A stretch of DNA of 64,000 bases from Deinococcus sp. (GTDB lineage Bacteria > Deinococcota > Deinococci > Deinococcales > Deinococcaceae): positions 320,001 to 384,000 of the forward strand of contig OZ253375.1 of NCBI GenBank assembly GCA_965261005.1, written 5' to 3'. Of the stretch, positions 12,603-23,220 are shown in pieces. The position numbers and the translations under genes were made by a program. Each line of letters starts with the position of its first letter. Position 1 is the stretch's first letter. The notes below the pieces were generated by a model. It had not been told where the DNA came from. It searched no databases and saw only the letters and a list, made by a program, of their open reading frames with translations.

Positions 12603-13907
12603 ATGAAACCATTTTCCTGGCCGCGCCGCGCCCTTCTCCTGGCCCTCTCACTCGCCCCCTTTGCGGCGGCGGCGCAAACCCCGGCCCCGTTTCAGGCCGA
12701 GAGCGCCCTGAGCCGCGCGGCCCCTTTGTACGCGGACCGTTTGACGGGCGTGCAGGTCACGGCGGCGACGGACGGCTCCTCGACCGTGACCGGCCAGCTG
12801 TACGGCCTCCCCTTCGCCATCAACTTCCCGGCCAACTGGAACGGCCAGGCGGTGCTGTTCGCGCACGGTTACGTGACGCCCGACCAGACCGAGCGGCTGC
12901 CGGCTCAGGACCCCTCTGGCGGCGTGCTGACGGCGGCCTACGCGCAGGGCTTTGCCACGGCCTACTCGACCTACGCCAAAACCGGCTACGCGGTGCAGAG
13001 CGGCATCCAGAGCACCTACCGGCTGGACCGTTTGCTGACCCAGCTGGGCACGAAACGGGCCTACATCGCCGGCGCCTCGATGGGCGGTGACATCACGGTG
13101 GGCCTGATCGAGAAGTATCCGAACGCTTTTGCGGGTGCGCTGCCGTACTGCGGCGTGGTGGCGGGCTGGGAAGAGGAGCAGCGCTACTTGGCGGACTTCC
13201 GGGTCGTGTACGACTTCTTCACCCAGGGAACGTCCTACGCGCTGCCCGGCGCGGGCGCCGCCCTGACGCCGAACCCCGACCTGACGGTGCAGGCCGTGCA
13301 GACTTCGGTCGCCGGCTTGTTTACGGCGGCGGCGAAGGACCTGAGCGGCCCAGCAGCGCAGCTGATCGGCGCCGTCGCGGCTTTCACGGGGGCCAACCCC
13401 GACCCGGTCTCCTTTATCACCGCGCTGGCCGGCAACACCTACGGCCTGACGGATTACCTTCAGACGGCGGGCGGCAACGGCTACGGCAACCTGGGCAAGG
13501 TGTACGCCAGCGCCGACCCGCGCTTCGCCCCCCTCGCCGCCGGCCTGAATGCCGGCGTGGAGCGCCTGAACGCCGACCCCGCCGCCGCCACCTACTCGAA
13601 CAAGTTCTTTACCCCGCGCGGCATCTTCAAGTCCAAGGTGCTGAGCGTTCACAACACCATCGACCCGCTGGTGCCCTTCGAGTTCGAGGCGCAGTACAGG
13701 GCCATCGCGCAAGCGGCGAGTAATTCGGACAACCTGGTGCAGCAAATCGTGGACCCCAAGCCGGTCAACCCAGCCGACCCGGCGACCGGCGGACCCACCC
13801 ACTGCTACTTCTCGCCGCAGGAGCTGGGCTTCGCCTGGAACGAGCTGCGCGCCTGGGTCGAAAACGGCGCTCAGCCCGAGGACGGCAAGAACATCACGAG
13901 CAAGTGA
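12603..13907 (+). CDS. Secreted alpha/beta-hydrolase (paralog 1)
   Basis: Signal peptide; FAHGY oxyanion region, GASMGG nucleophile elbow, DPLVP, HCYF. Confidence 0.75.
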   Translation: MKPFSWPRRALLLALSLAPFAAAAQTPAPFQAESALSRAAPLYADRLTGVQVTAATDGSSTVTGQLYGLPFAINFPANWNGQAVLFAHGYVTPDQTERLPAQDPSGGVLTAAYAQGFATAYSTYAKTGYAVQSGIQSTYRLDRLLTQLGTKRAYIAGASMGGDITVGLIEKYPNAFAGALPYCGVVAGWEEEQRYLADFRVVYDFFTQGTSYALPGAGAALTPNPDLTVQAVQTSVAGLFTAAAKDLSGPAAQLIGAVAAFTGANPDPVSFITALAGNTYGLTDYLQTAGGNGYGNLGKVYASADPRFAPLAAGLNAGVERLNADPAAATYSNKFFTPRGIFKSKVLSVHNTIDPLVPFEFEAQYRAIAQAASNSDNLVQQIVDPKPVNPADPATGGPTHCYFSPQELGFAWNELRAWVENGAQPEDGKNITSK

Positions 13908-15214
13908 TGACCATGCACCTCGCCCTGATATTGCTGAGCGCCGCCCTGGTCGCCTGCTCCGGCCAACCGGCGCCCGCTTCCCAGCCGGCCCCAGTTATCC
14001 AGCCGCTTCCACCCATCAATCCGGCACCCAGCTTAGAGGACCGCGTGCGCGCCGCCGCCGGCGACGTGCGGCAGCTCGCGATCATCACCAACCCGGACGC
14101 CTCGCTGAGCGTGACGGGCCAGCTCGGCGGTGCCCCCTTCGCGGTCAGGTTTCCGGAAAACTGGAAGGGCGGGGCCGTGCTGTACGCCCACGGCTACGTG
14201 CAGCCGACGCCGGGGGCCAGCGAGCCGGACCCGGCCGCTACCGTCTCGTCGGGCCTGCTGAGCGTGCCCTTTTCGCAGGGCTTCGCCGTCGCGGCCTCGG
14301 GGTACGACAAGGTGGGCTACGCGGTGGAGGGCGGCGCCAAGAACACCCTGCGCCTGCAACGGTTCGTGGACGAGATCAACCCCGGGCGCGACTACCTGGT
14401 AGGCGAGTCCATGGGCGGCGACATCGTGATGAAGCTGATCGAGGGGGCGCCGGACGCCTTTGCCGGGGCGCTCGCCGCCTGCGGCGTAGTGGGCGGCTGG
14501 CGCGCGGAAGTGGCCTATCTGAGCGACTTCCGGGTGGTCTACGACTTCTTCACGCGCGGCACGCCCTACGCCCTGCCAGGGGCGGCCGACCCGCTCACGC
14601 CCGACCCCGGCTACACGCTGACCGCCATTCAGCAAAAGGTGTCGGCCCTGTTCACGGCCGCGCAGGGGGGAGACGCGCAGGCGAGGAACTTGCTAGTCAA
14701 CATCTCGGCGTCGGCGGGCGCGAGCGGCGACCCGGTCAGCTACGTCACCGCGCTGGCGAGCTTCACCTACGGCACCCAGGACTACCTGAACACGGCGGGG
14801 GGCAATGGCTACGGCAACGTCGGCAAGACCTACCTCGCCCCCACGCCGCAGCTGACGGCGGCCCTCAACGACCCGCAGACCGGCGTCGTGCGTTTGCAAG
14901 CGAAGGCCGAGGCCGCCGCCTATCTGAACGCCAACTACACCCCGAACGGCAGCTTCAAAACCAAGCTGCTGACCATTCACAACACCGTGGACCCCCTGGT
15001 GCCAATCTTCCACGAGGCGCTGCTCAAGACCTTTGTGGCCGGCGCCGGGAACACGGACAATCTGGTGCAGCAACGGGTGACGACCGTGAACGCCTTTGAC
15101 CCCAAGCACTGCGAGTTCTCGCCCCGGGAATACCTCAGCGCCTGGACCGAGCTGCGTGCCTGGGTCGAAAACGGTGCTAAGCCCGAGGACGGCAAGGACA
15201 TCACGAGCAAGTAG
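13904..15214 (+). CDS. Lipoprotein alpha/beta-hydrolase (paralog 2)
   Basis: Lipobox LVAC; YAHGY, GESMGG, DPLVP, HCEF; colinear with the upstream gene. Confidence 0.75.
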   Translation: MMTMHLALILLSAALVACSGQPAPASQPAPVIQPLPPINPAPSLEDRVRAAAGDVRQLAIITNPDASLSVTGQLGGAPFAVRFPENWKGGAVLYAHGYVQPTPGASEPDPAATVSSGLLSVPFSQGFAVAASGYDKVGYAVEGGAKNTLRLQRFVDEINPGRDYLVGESMGGDIVMKLIEGAPDAFAGALAACGVVGGWRAEVAYLSDFRVVYDFFTRGTPYALPGAADPLTPDPGYTLTAIQQKVSALFTAAQGGDAQARNLLVNISASAGASGDPVSYVTALASFTYGTQDYLNTAGGNGYGNVGKTYLAPTPQLTAALNDPQTGVVRLQAKAEAAAYLNANYTPNGSFKTKLLTIHNTVDPLVPIFHEALLKTFVAGAGNTDNLVQQRVTTVNAFDPKHCEFSPREYLSAWTELRAWVENGAKPEDGKDITSK

Positions 15215-15291
15215 CCCTGCAAGCTGAGCAGCCCTGCAAACTTGAGCGCCTGGAGATTCTTTCCGGGCGCCCCTGCTTCACCCGTGCCGCT

Positions 15292-18200
15292 TCACTCCGT
15301 GCTCACGCCCGGGTCCACCTGCTGCGCCACCGGCACGACCATGCGGAAGTGCGCCGCCGGGTCCACCAGCAGCTCGGCCACCCGGCGGGCGGCGCCGGGC
15401 TGCTCGCTGGCGACCAGCGCGCGGTGGTAGTCGCCCAGCAAATCGCGCACGTCAGCCCCGCCCCCCGCGCTCAGGGGCAGGATCACCACGCCCGCCCCTC
15501 TCGCGAGCCGCCGCTTCAGGGCCGCGTCGTCGAGGCCCTGACTTGGCGCGTACCTGAGGTACACCACGCCCCCCGACATGCCCGAGCAGATCCACGGCCC
15601 CGCGTCGCCCAGCACCAAGGCGCGGCCCCCGGTCATGTACTCGAAGGCGTAGCCCTTGGCGTTGGCGCGCGTCGCCAGCATGCCGAGGTTGTCGTCCACG
15701 GGGCCGCGCAGCTCGCCGCCCAGGACCACGTCGGCCCCCGAGAGGCGCACGCAGAAGCGGCTGTCGGCGCTGCCCTGCACCAGAAACCGCCCGCCGATGG
15801 CGCCGTAGGCAAAGCTCTTGCCCACCGAGCCGTCGATGTGCTGCCCCTGGTGGTTGCGGCCCTTGAGGACCGTGACGCGCCCGCCCAGGGCGCTCTTGCC
15901 CACGCCGTCCTGCGCGCCGCCGTCCACCAGAATTTCCACCGGGGCGTTGTTAAAGGCGCCCAGGCCGTTGCCGGGAATGCTGCCGGCCTCGAAGTGCAGC
16001 TTGATGCGCGCCGGCCCCCCGCGCCGCCCCTCACGTTGCAAGGTGCCGACCAAGTGGGTGCCCAGCGCCCGGTCGGCCGACAGCACCGGCCCGTCGCGGA
16101 ACTCGACCAGATCCTCCTCCTCGGCGAGGGCCGCGCTCACCCACTCGCTGAGCATGCGGGTGGTGCTGTTAAGGGGCCGGTGAATCACGCGCCGCCCCAG
16201 CTTGTCCCACCCCTCGGGGTGGGGGGCGGCGGCCAGCAATTCGCCCAGGTCGAGGGCGGCCGTCTCGGCGCGCAACAAATCGCTGCGCCCGCGCAATTCG
16301 CGCAGACTACCCAAGCCGAGTCCGGCCACGAGAACGCGCAGTTCCGCCGCCAGACCGCCGAAAAAGCGGGTCAGCCGCTCGACCTCACGGGGCAACTCGC
16401 GCGGCACAAACCTCTTGAAGCCGTGCGCTTTCGCCTCCTCCTCGCTCTCGACCTGGGTGGCGATGCCGACGTGGCAGGTGTCGAGCTGACAGCCTCTACA
16501 GATGGTGCAGCCGATGGCGACCATGCTCAGGGTCCCGAAGCCGGCCCGGTCGGCGCCCAGGGCGACCACGCGCGCCACGTCGAGGGCCGTCTTGAGGCCG
16601 CCGTCGGCCCACAGCTCCACCTTGTCGCGCATGCCGGCGGCCGTGAGCGCCCGGTGGGCGCGCGCCACGCCATACTCCACCGGCATGCCGGCGTACTTGA
16701 GGGCGTGTGCCCGCGCCGCCCCGGTGCCGCCCTCGAAGCCCGACAGCGTGATGATGTGCGCGCCCGCCTTGGCGACCCCGAGGGCGATGGTCCCCACCCC
16801 CGGCACCACCGGAATCTTGACGGCGATCTTGGCGCCCGGCGCGATGGTCTTGAGTTCCTCGACCAGCTGTGCCAGGTCCTCGATGGAGTACACGTCGTGG
16901 TTGTTGCTGGGCGAGATCAGGTCCACGCCCTGCGCGGCGTGGCGCGCGGCGGCGACCTTGGCGCTGACCTTTTTGCCGGGCAGATGTCCACCCTCGCCGG
17001 GTTTGGCCCCCTGCCCCACCTTGATTTCGATGACGCCGGCCGCGTTCAGCATGGCGCTCGACACCCCGAACCGCCCCGACGCCACCTGCTGGCCGCGCCA
17101 ATGGGTGTAGTGGCCCAACATGTCGGGAATCTCGCCGCCCTCGCCGTTCATGGCCATGATGTTGAGCTTTTTGGCCGCCGCGACGTAGCTGCGAAAGGCG
17201 GTCTCGCCCTGTGACCCGAAGCTCATGGCGCTGATGACAAAGGGCAGCGAGTGGCCGCCCACCGCGATGTCCACCGTCTCGGGGTCAACCGTCTCCTTCC
17301 CTTCAGGAGAGCGCAGCTCCAGCAGCGACCTCGCCGCCAAGGGCGTCTCCTGCTCCAGGGCGCGCACGCGGGCCGCATAATCTTGCGGCGTGATCTCGCC
17401 GTTCGCCAGCGCGAAGGCGGCTTTGAACAGGCGCGGGTTGAAGCGCTGGTCGCGGTCGGGCACGGCGGCGTTTTCCTGAAATCTGGTCAGGCGCGCCCTC
17501 AACGTCGCCTCCACGCCGGCGAGGTCGTAGCCCGCCGCCTCGCCCCAGATGCCCGCGCCGCCGAGCACGTCCAGCACGTCGGGCGAAAGGCCGATGGCCG
17601 TGAACAGCCGCCCGTAGCCGCGCAGTTCGTGAATGCCCATGGTGCTCATGACCTTCTCCAAGCCCTTGGTCAGGCCGGCGATCAGCTGCCCCTCGGCCGC
17701 CTCGCCGGGATGGGCGGCGTACATGGCGGCCGGCTCCACCGCCTCGGCCCCCAGGCCGATCAGCAGCATCAGGTCGTGCAAGTTGCGGACCTGCGCGCTG
17801 CGGACGACCACGCTCAGGCGGCGCCGCAGGGCCACGCCATCCTCGCCGCGCTCTGCGCCCAGCGCCCGCTCCAACGTTCCCAGCGCCAGCAGCGCGTCCA
17901 GGGCCGCCCACCCGTTCTGGTAGAGGGCCGTGTCGTCGAGCACCAACAGTTCGGCCCCGCCGCGCGCCGCCTCCAGGGCGTCCTGTGCGAGCCGTTCCAA
18001 GGCGACCTCAACCCGCTCGTCCGTTCGCAGGTCGGGTTGCAGCGTGACCGAGCCGAAGCGACGCTTCAGCTCATTCAGGGTCAGCGTTCTGTGCGCCCGC
18101 GCCACCTCGGGAGAGAGCGCCAGCACCGGCGTCAGCAGCTCGACGCTGTGCCCGTCCCCCGACCCCGGCAAGGGGCGCCGCCCGACCAGCACGCGGGTGC

Positions 18201-19842
18201 TGAAGTGCTCGATCTCGCGCTCGCGGTCGATGGCGGGATTGGTCACGACCGCCACCGTCTCCTTAAAAAACTCGGCCAGGTTGGGCTTGTCGGGGCGCAG
18301 GGCGCCCAACTGCCCGTCGAAGCCCAGGCTGGAGATCGGCTCGGCGCCTTTGTCGGCGAGGGCGGTCACGTAAGCCTCGTCCCACCTGTCCCAGCCGAAG
18401 GCGTAGCGGGCCTGCGCGGGCAAGTCGGGCGCCTCGCCCGCCGCGATCTCGCCCCCCGGCCCGTCCAGCCGAATCCGCGCCCCGTCCAGGCCCGCCCGCT
18501 TGCCGTGGACCCGCTCCAGCACCAAGCGCTGCACGTTCTCGTTGGCGTGCAGGCGAACCGTGCTTGCACCGTGAACCGTGCTTGCACCATGAACAGGGTC
18601 GCCCCCCAGGCAGACGACCATCTTCTCTCCGGGGGAAAACGGCGCCGGGTCGCGCACCATGCTGCCCAGCGGGATGACGCCGCGCTCGGAGGACCAGAAG
18701 TACTCCTTTTCGGTCTCGCCGAACCACAGCGGGCGCAGCCCGAGGGCGTCCACGCTGAAGACGCACTCGGTCCCGCCGCGCGCGATAATGGCCGCCGGCC
18801 CCTGCGCCAGCGGCCCGCCCGCCGCGCGCAGGCCCAGATAGGCGTCCTGCAAGCTGCTGGAAAAGGCGCGCACCTCGCTCAGGACCGGCGGAAACACGCT
18901 CTCGACCGCCTCAAGTAAGCTCAGGCCGTGGTCGTGGATGTAGCCCGCCATCACCCGGTTGAGGTCTTGCGAGTCGCTGCCGCCGGTGAGTGGCACGCCG
19001 AGATGGACGCCCTCCTTGCGCAGCCGCTCAATGGTGTTGATTTCGCCGTTGTGGGCCAGCATCGAAAAGGGCTGCACCTGCTCGAAGGTGGACAGCGTGT
19101 TGGTGGAGTAGCGGTTGTGCCCGATTGAGCACACGCTGGTGTACTCGGGCAAGTTGAGGTCGGGGTAGTAGCGGCCCAGAATCTCGGCGCTGCCGCGCAC
19201 CTTGTACACGACCGTCGTCCCCGACAAGCTGACCACATGCACCGGCTGGCTGGCCTCTAATTCCAGCCCCAGCTCGAACAGGGCGCGCTCGCGCTCGCGC
19301 TCGGTTTCACCGGCGACCGTGCCGGCCACCTGCACGAACTGCGGCTCCGCGAGGCGCGCCACCGGCCCGAGGGCGGCGGCGTACACCGCGCCCACGCGCT
19401 CCAAGAGAATCTTGAGGCCATGTCGACCCGAGGCGGCGCGCAGGGCGTCGAGCAGCTCGCGCACCTTGACGCCCTGCGGCACGAAAAAGTGCCCCACGAA
19501 AAATTGGCCCTGATCGGCCTGACCGCCGTCTTGCCCAGCTTCGCTCAGCAAGCGGCGCCACATGGCGCGCGGGATGTCGGTCTGAATGCCGCAGCCGTCG
19601 CCCTCGCCGCGCACCTCGCCGCTGCGGTGGGCCATGTGCCGCAGCGCCTCCAGCGTGCGGGTCACGTTGCCGTGGGTGGCCTCGCCGGTCTTGCGGACAT
19701 TGCAGATGATGCCGCAGGCGTCGTGCTCCAGCTCGTCGAAGCTGCCGGGAAAGTCGGCTTCTAAGCGGGCGCGCTCAAAGGCGCGGTACAGGCTTTGCTG
19801 TGGGGCAAGAACACTTCTGAGCGGTCGGTCAGGCTGGGTCAT
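15292..19842 (-). CDS. gltB: Glutamate synthase large-subunit-type protein
   Basis: N-terminal Ntn DACG, HNRYSTNT, HNGEINT, SAMSFGS, QVASGRFGV, EIKVGQGAKPGEGGHLPG, CTICRGCQLDTC Fe-S motif, GXGXG C-terminal domain. Confidence 0.92.
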   Translation of the reverse strand: MTQPDRPLRSVLAPQQSLYRAFERARLEADFPGSFDELEHDACGIICNVRKTGEATHGNVTRTLEALRHMAHRSGEVRGEGDGCGIQTDIPRAMWRRLLSEAGQDGGQADQGQFFVGHFFVPQGVKVRELLDALRAASGRHGLKILLERVGAVYAAALGPVARLAEPQFVQVAGTVAGETERERERALFELGLELEASQPVHVVSLSGTTVVYKVRGSAEILGRYYPDLNLPEYTSVCSIGHNRYSTNTLSTFEQVQPFSMLAHNGEINTIERLRKEGVHLGVPLTGGSDSQDLNRVMAGYIHDHGLSLLEAVESVFPPVLSEVRAFSSSLQDAYLGLRAAGGPLAQGPAAIIARGGTECVFSVDALGLRPLWFGETEKEYFWSSERGVIPLGSMVRDPAPFSPGEKMVVCLGGDPVHGASTVHGASTVRLHANENVQRLVLERVHGKRAGLDGARIRLDGPGGEIAAGEAPDLPAQARYAFGWDRWDEAYVTALADKGAEPISSLGFDGQLGALRPDKPNLAEFFKETVAVVTNPAIDREREIEHFSTRVLVGRRPLPGSGDGHSVELLTPVLALSPEVARAHRTLTLNELKRRFGSVTLQPDLRTDERVEVALERLAQDALEAARGGAELLVLDDTALYQNGWAALDALLALGTLERALGAERGEDGVALRRRLSVVVRSAQVRNLHDLMLLIGLGAEAVEPAAMYAAHPGEAAEGQLIAGLTKGLEKVMSTMGIHELRGYGRLFTAIGLSPDVLDVLGGAGIWGEAAGYDLAGVEATLRARLTRFQENAAVPDRDQRFNPRLFKAAFALANGEITPQDYAARVRALEQETPLAARSLLELRSPEGKETVDPETVDIAVGGHSLPFVISAMSFGSQGETAFRSYVAAAKKLNIMAMNGEGGEIPDMLGHYTHWRGQQVASGRFGVSSAMLNAAGVIEIKVGQGAKPGEGGHLPGKKVSAKVAAARHAAQGVDLISPSNNHDVYSIEDLAQLVEELKTIAPGAKIAVKIPVVPGVGTIALGVAKAGAHIITLSGFEGGTGAARAHALKYAGMPVEYGVARAHRALTAAGMRDKVELWADGGLKTALDVARVVALGADRAGFGTLSMVAIGCTICRGCQLDTCHVGIATQVESEEEAKAHGFKRFVPRELPREVERLTRFFGGLAAELRVLVAGLGLGSLRELRGRSDLLRAETAALDLGELLAAAPHPEGWDKLGRRVIHRPLNSTTRMLSEWVSAALAEEEDLVEFRDGPVLSADRALGTHLVGTLQREGRRGGPARIKLHFEAGSIPGNGLGAFNNAPVEILVDGGAQDGVGKSALGGRVTVLKGRNHQGQHIDGSVGKSFAYGAIGGRFLVQGSADSRFCVRLSGADVVLGGELRGPVDDNLGMLATRANAKGYAFEYMTGGRALVLGDAGPWICSGMSGGVVYLRYAPSQGLDDAALKRRLARGAGVVILPLSAGGGADVRDLLGDYHRALVASEQPGAARRVAELLVDPAAHFRMVVPVAQQVDPGVSTE
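18555..18594. repeat. 18-bp in-frame tandem duplication inside gltB (HGASTV x2)
   Basis: GAACCGTGCTTGCACC(G/A)T repeated twice. Confidence 0.9.
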
Positions 19843-20069
19843 GCGCGCTCCTCGGGACGTGGCAAAAATAGGGCGTCGGTGAGAACGCGACGAATTTGCG
19901 TCCATACCACACGATTGAGGGATTATACAGGCCGACGGGCAAAAATGCGCCCTTTTCTCGGCTCTGGCTAGATGACGTGCCGGACCGGCAGATGAAGACC
20001 AGGTTGATTTGTGAAGAATCTGAGTTTAGATTGAGGGGCCAATTCTAAGTTTCATCTCGGAGGTCAGTT

Positions 20070-20339
20070 GTGGAAACGTTGCGCGTCTCTGGCAAGTCCC
20101 GTCCCAACGCCGTCGCCGGCGCCATCGCCGCCCTGCTGCGCGTGCAGGGCGAGGTCGAGGTGCAGGCCATCGGCCCGGCCGCCGTCAACCAGGCGGTCAA
20201 GGCCATCGCCATCGCGCGCGGCTACATCGTTCTCGACCAGCTCGACCTCAGCGCCCAGCCCGCCTTTGTCAAGCTCGATCTCGCCGAGGAGGAGCGCACG
20301 GCGGTGCGCTTCACCGTCAATTCATACAAAGCACCCTGA
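20070..20339 (+). CDS. spoVS: Stage V sporulation protein S family
   Basis: METLRVSGKSRPNAVAGAIA..IGPAAVNQAVKAIAIARG; GGAGG RBS. Confidence 0.95.
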   Translation: METLRVSGKSRPNAVAGAIAALLRVQGEVEVQAIGPAAVNQAVKAIAIARGYIVLDQLDLSAQPAFVKLDLAEEERTAVRFTVNSYKAP

Positions 20340-20439
20340 GCGTCCTCATCTCACGGCACTTCTCTTGCACGGCTTACCTTGCACGGCTTTTCTCATGGAA
20401 CTTGACAAGGATACGCTAAGATAATGGCCGGAGGCTGAC

Positions 20440-21120
20440 ATGCTCTTTGGTCCATACACCTGGCTGATCCTGTTGCTCTTGGTCGCCTCAATGCTGATTC
20501 AAGGGTATCTTTCCAACGCCTACGGGCGCTTTTCAAAAGTCCGCAACGCCCGCAACCTGACGGGGGCCGAAATCGCGCGCCAAATGCTCGACGACGCCGG
20601 GCTGCAACACGTGCCGGTGCAGATGGTGCCCGGGACCCTCAGCGACCATTACGACCCCATCAAAAAGGTGGTCAGCTTGTCCGAGGGCAACTTCGGCGTG
20701 CCGAGCCTGGCGGCGGCGGCGGTCGCGGCCCACGAGGTGGGCCACGCCATTCAGGACAAGGTCCACATGCCGGCGCTCGCGCTGCGCGCCCGGCTGTTTC
20801 CCGCGCTTCAGGCGGGCACCAACCTCGGCCCTTGGCTGGTGATCGCGGGCTTTTTCCTGAACGTGACCGGCCTGATATGGCTGGGCATCATCGCCTTTGC
20901 GGGCGCGGTGCTGTTTCACCTGATCACGTTGCCGGTGGAGTTCGACGCCTCGCGCCGCGCGCTCTCGAACCTCAGCCGCGGCTACCTGTCGCGCGGCGAG
21001 GTGGACGGCGCCCGCACGGTGCTGAACGCCGCCGCCCTCACCTACATCGCCGGCTTCGCCATCGCGCTGGCGCAGCTGCTCAACTTCATCGCGCTGGCGG
21101 GCGGCAACCGTAGAGATTAA
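20440..21120 (+). CDS. Membrane neutral zinc metallopeptidase (YugP-like)
   Basis: [17 protein letters not shown] (HExxH), [17 protein letters not shown]. Confidence 0.9.
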   Translation: MLFGPYTWLILLLLVASMLIQGYLSNAYGRFSKVRNARNLTGAEIARQMLDDAGLQHVPVQMVPGTLSDHYDPIKKVVSLSEGNFGVPSLAAAAVAAHEVGHAIQDKVHMPALALRARLFPALQAGTNLGPWLVIAGFFLNVTGLIWLGIIAFAGAVLFHLITLPVEFDASRRALSNLSRGYLSRGEVDGARTVLNAAALTYIAGFAIALAQLLNFIALAGGNRRD

Positions 21121-21125
21121 GCCCC

Positions 21126-21163
21126 CACCCCCGGCCCCTCTCCCGCAAGGGGAGAGGGGTGAA
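21126..21163. repeat. REP-like palindrome, copy 1
   Basis: CACCCCCGGCCCCTCTCCCGCAAGGGGAGAGGGGTGAA, identical to 47449-47486. Confidence 0.85.
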
Positions 21164-21166
21164 AAG

Positions 21167-22399
21167 CTGCGCTTTAACCCCGCCCGCGCGCTGGCCGTGG
21201 GGGTTCTCGTTCGGGTGCTGGGCGGGCGCTTCGCGGCGCCCACGCTGGACGCGGCCTTGTCCGGCGCCCGGCTGAGCGCCCGCGACGCCGGCCTCACGAC
21301 GCATATCGTGTACGGCAGCCTACGTTTTCATCTGGCCCTCGAAGCTTCTTTGACGCCCCTGCTGCGCGGCAACACGCCCCGGGGGGCGCGCGCCCTGCTG
21401 CTGGCGGGCGCTTATGAAAAGCTCTACCTGGGCACGCCCGCGCACGCGGTCGTGAACGAGTACGTCGCCCTGGCGCGCCGCGACCTGGGCGGTCTATCGG
21501 GCTTGGTGAACGCCGTGCTGCGCCGCGTGGAGCGGCCACCCGAGATCCAGGAGACCGAGTTCAACTTGCCCGGCTGGCTGATTCAGTCCTTCGAGAATGC
21601 TTACGGAATTGCCGCCGAGGACGTGATGCGCGACCTTCTGACGCCCGCACCCTTATGGCTGTGGCTGACAGATCAGGGCGTGCGCGACTTGGAGCGCGAG
21701 GGCGCCGTCGTGGAACCTGGGTACGGCGACGTGTACCGGGTGTCCCTCGCCCATCCCCTGCGCGAATCGGCGGCCTACAAGGCTGGGCGGGCGCAGCCCA
21801 TCAACCCGGCCTCCTTTTCGGTGGTGGCGGCTCTCGGCGAGGTGGCCGGGCGGCGGGTGCTGGACCTGGCGGGTGGGGCCGGTGTCAAGGCCGCCATGCT
21901 GGCCTTGCGCGGCGCGCGGGTGACGAGCGTGGACCTCGACGCGCGCAAGCTGCCCGCCGCCCGCGCCAATTTGAAGCGCCTGGGGGTCACGGCCGACTTT
22001 GAGAGCGCCGATTTGCGCCAAGTCCCCGACCTCGCCCCGGCCGATTTGGTGCTGCTGGACGCCCCATGCAGCGGCAGCGGCACCCTGCGCGCCCACCCCG
22101 AGATCAAGCTGCGCCTCACCGAGGGGGCCGTCTCAGAGCTGGCCGCCCTGCAAAGCGAGCTGCTGACCACCGCCGCCGCCCTGACCGCGCCGGGGGGCAA
22201 ACTGGTCTACAGCGTGTGTTCGGTGACGGGGGCGGAGGGGCCGGGGGTGATTCGGGACTTCTTGGGCGCCCACCCCGATTTTGAACACGCGGACGCCGAG
22301 CTGACGGTGCCCAGCCTCCCCGCCGACTTCGGTCGCCGGACGCTGGCAACCCATGGTTTGGACGGCTTTTTCGTGGCGGGGCTGCGCCGGCGCGGCTAG
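21167..22399 (+). CDS. rsmB: RsmB/NOP RNA m5C methyltransferase with NusB-like N-domain (start uncertain: CTG 21167 or GTG 21197)
   Basis: [42 protein letters not shown]. Confidence 0.88.
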   Translation: MRFNPARALAVGVLVRVLGGRFAAPTLDAALSGARLSARDAGLTTHIVYGSLRFHLALEASLTPLLRGNTPRGARALLLAGAYEKLYLGTPAHAVVNEYVALARRDLGGLSGLVNAVLRRVERPPEIQETEFNLPGWLIQSFENAYGIAAEDVMRDLLTPAPLWLWLTDQGVRDLEREGAVVEPGYGDVYRVSLAHPLRESAAYKAGRAQPINPASFSVVAALGEVAGRRVLDLAGGAGVKAAMLALRGARVTSVDLDARKLPAARANLKRLGVTADFESADLRQVPDLAPADLVLLDAPCSGSGTLRAHPEIKLRLTEGAVSELAALQSELLTTAAALTAPGGKLVYSVCSVTGAEGPGVIRDFLGAHPDFEHADAELTVPSLPADFGRRTLATHGLDGFFVAGLRRRG

Positions 22400-22400
22400 A

Positions 22401-23219
22401 TCAGTGGGCCAGCACGTCCGCGCTCAGCGCCTCGGGCGCCAGCGCCCCGGTCATCACCGAGACGGTGTCCGCCATGCTGATTTTGCGTGGGTCGAGCAGG
22501 GCGGCGCGCTTGCCCATGCGGTGGACGTGAATGCGGTCGGCGACCTCGAAGACGTGCGGCATGTTGTGGCTGATCAAGATGACCGGCAAGCCCTTGTCGC
22601 GCACCTTGCGGATCAAGTCGAGGACCATGTTTCCCTCGCGCACGCCCAGCGCGGCGGTCGGCTCGTCCATGATGACCACGTGCCGCGCGAAGGCCGCGCT
22701 GCGCGCCACCGCCACGCCCTGACGCTGACCGCCGGACAGGGTCTCGACCGGCTGGGTCATGCTCTTGATGGCGAACTGAAGGCCCTGCATGTGCGAGCTG
22801 GCCTCTTCAAACATCTTCTTCTTGTCGATGATGCGCAGCCAGCGGGCAATCGGGCCGGGGCGCAGAATTTCACGGCCGAGGAACAAATTCTCGGCGATGG
22901 TCATGGCGGGGGCGACTGCGAGGTCTTGGTAGACCGTCTCGATGCCTTGCCGCCGCGCGTCGATGGGACTGCGAAACGAGACCGGCTGGCCCTCCAGAAA
23001 GATCTGCCCCTCGTCGGGGACCACGGCGCCCGACAGCGCCTTGATCATGCTGGACTTGCCCGCGCCGTTGTCGCCGATCACGGCCATGATCTCGCCGGGG
23101 CGCAGCTCGAAGTCGGCCCCGGCGATGGCGGTCACTTGGCCGTAGCGCTTGACCAGACCGCGCGCCTCCATCACCAGGGGTGGCCTGCCTGTTTGTGCGC
23201 CTGTTTGTGCGGCCGTCAC
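22401..23219 (-). CDS. Sugar ABC transporter ATP-binding protein (FrcA-like)
   Basis: GDNGAGKS, LSGGQ, MDEPTAALG; single ATPase domain. Confidence 0.92.
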   Translation of the reverse strand: MTAAQTGAQTGRPPLVMEARGLVKRYGQVTAIAGADFELRPGEIMAVIGDNGAGKSSMIKALSGAVVPDEGQIFLEGQPVSFRSPIDARRQGIETVYQDLAVAPAMTIAENLFLGREILRPGPIARWLRIIDKKKMFEEASSHMQGLQFAIKSMTQPVETLSGGQRQGVAVARSAAFARHVVIMDEPTAALGVREGNMVLDLIRKVRDKGLPVILISHNMPHVFEVADRIHVHRMGKRAALLDPRKISMADTVSVMTGALAPEALSADVLAH

Positions 23220-23220
23220 G

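Noticed and set aside
15349..18918. Long antisense or alternate-frame ORFs (e.g. 15349-17214, 17251-18918; also 56529-59000, 58988-60670)
   Set aside because: Typical high-GC shadow ORFs over well-supported genes, Arg/Gly/Ala-rich with no recognisable motifs
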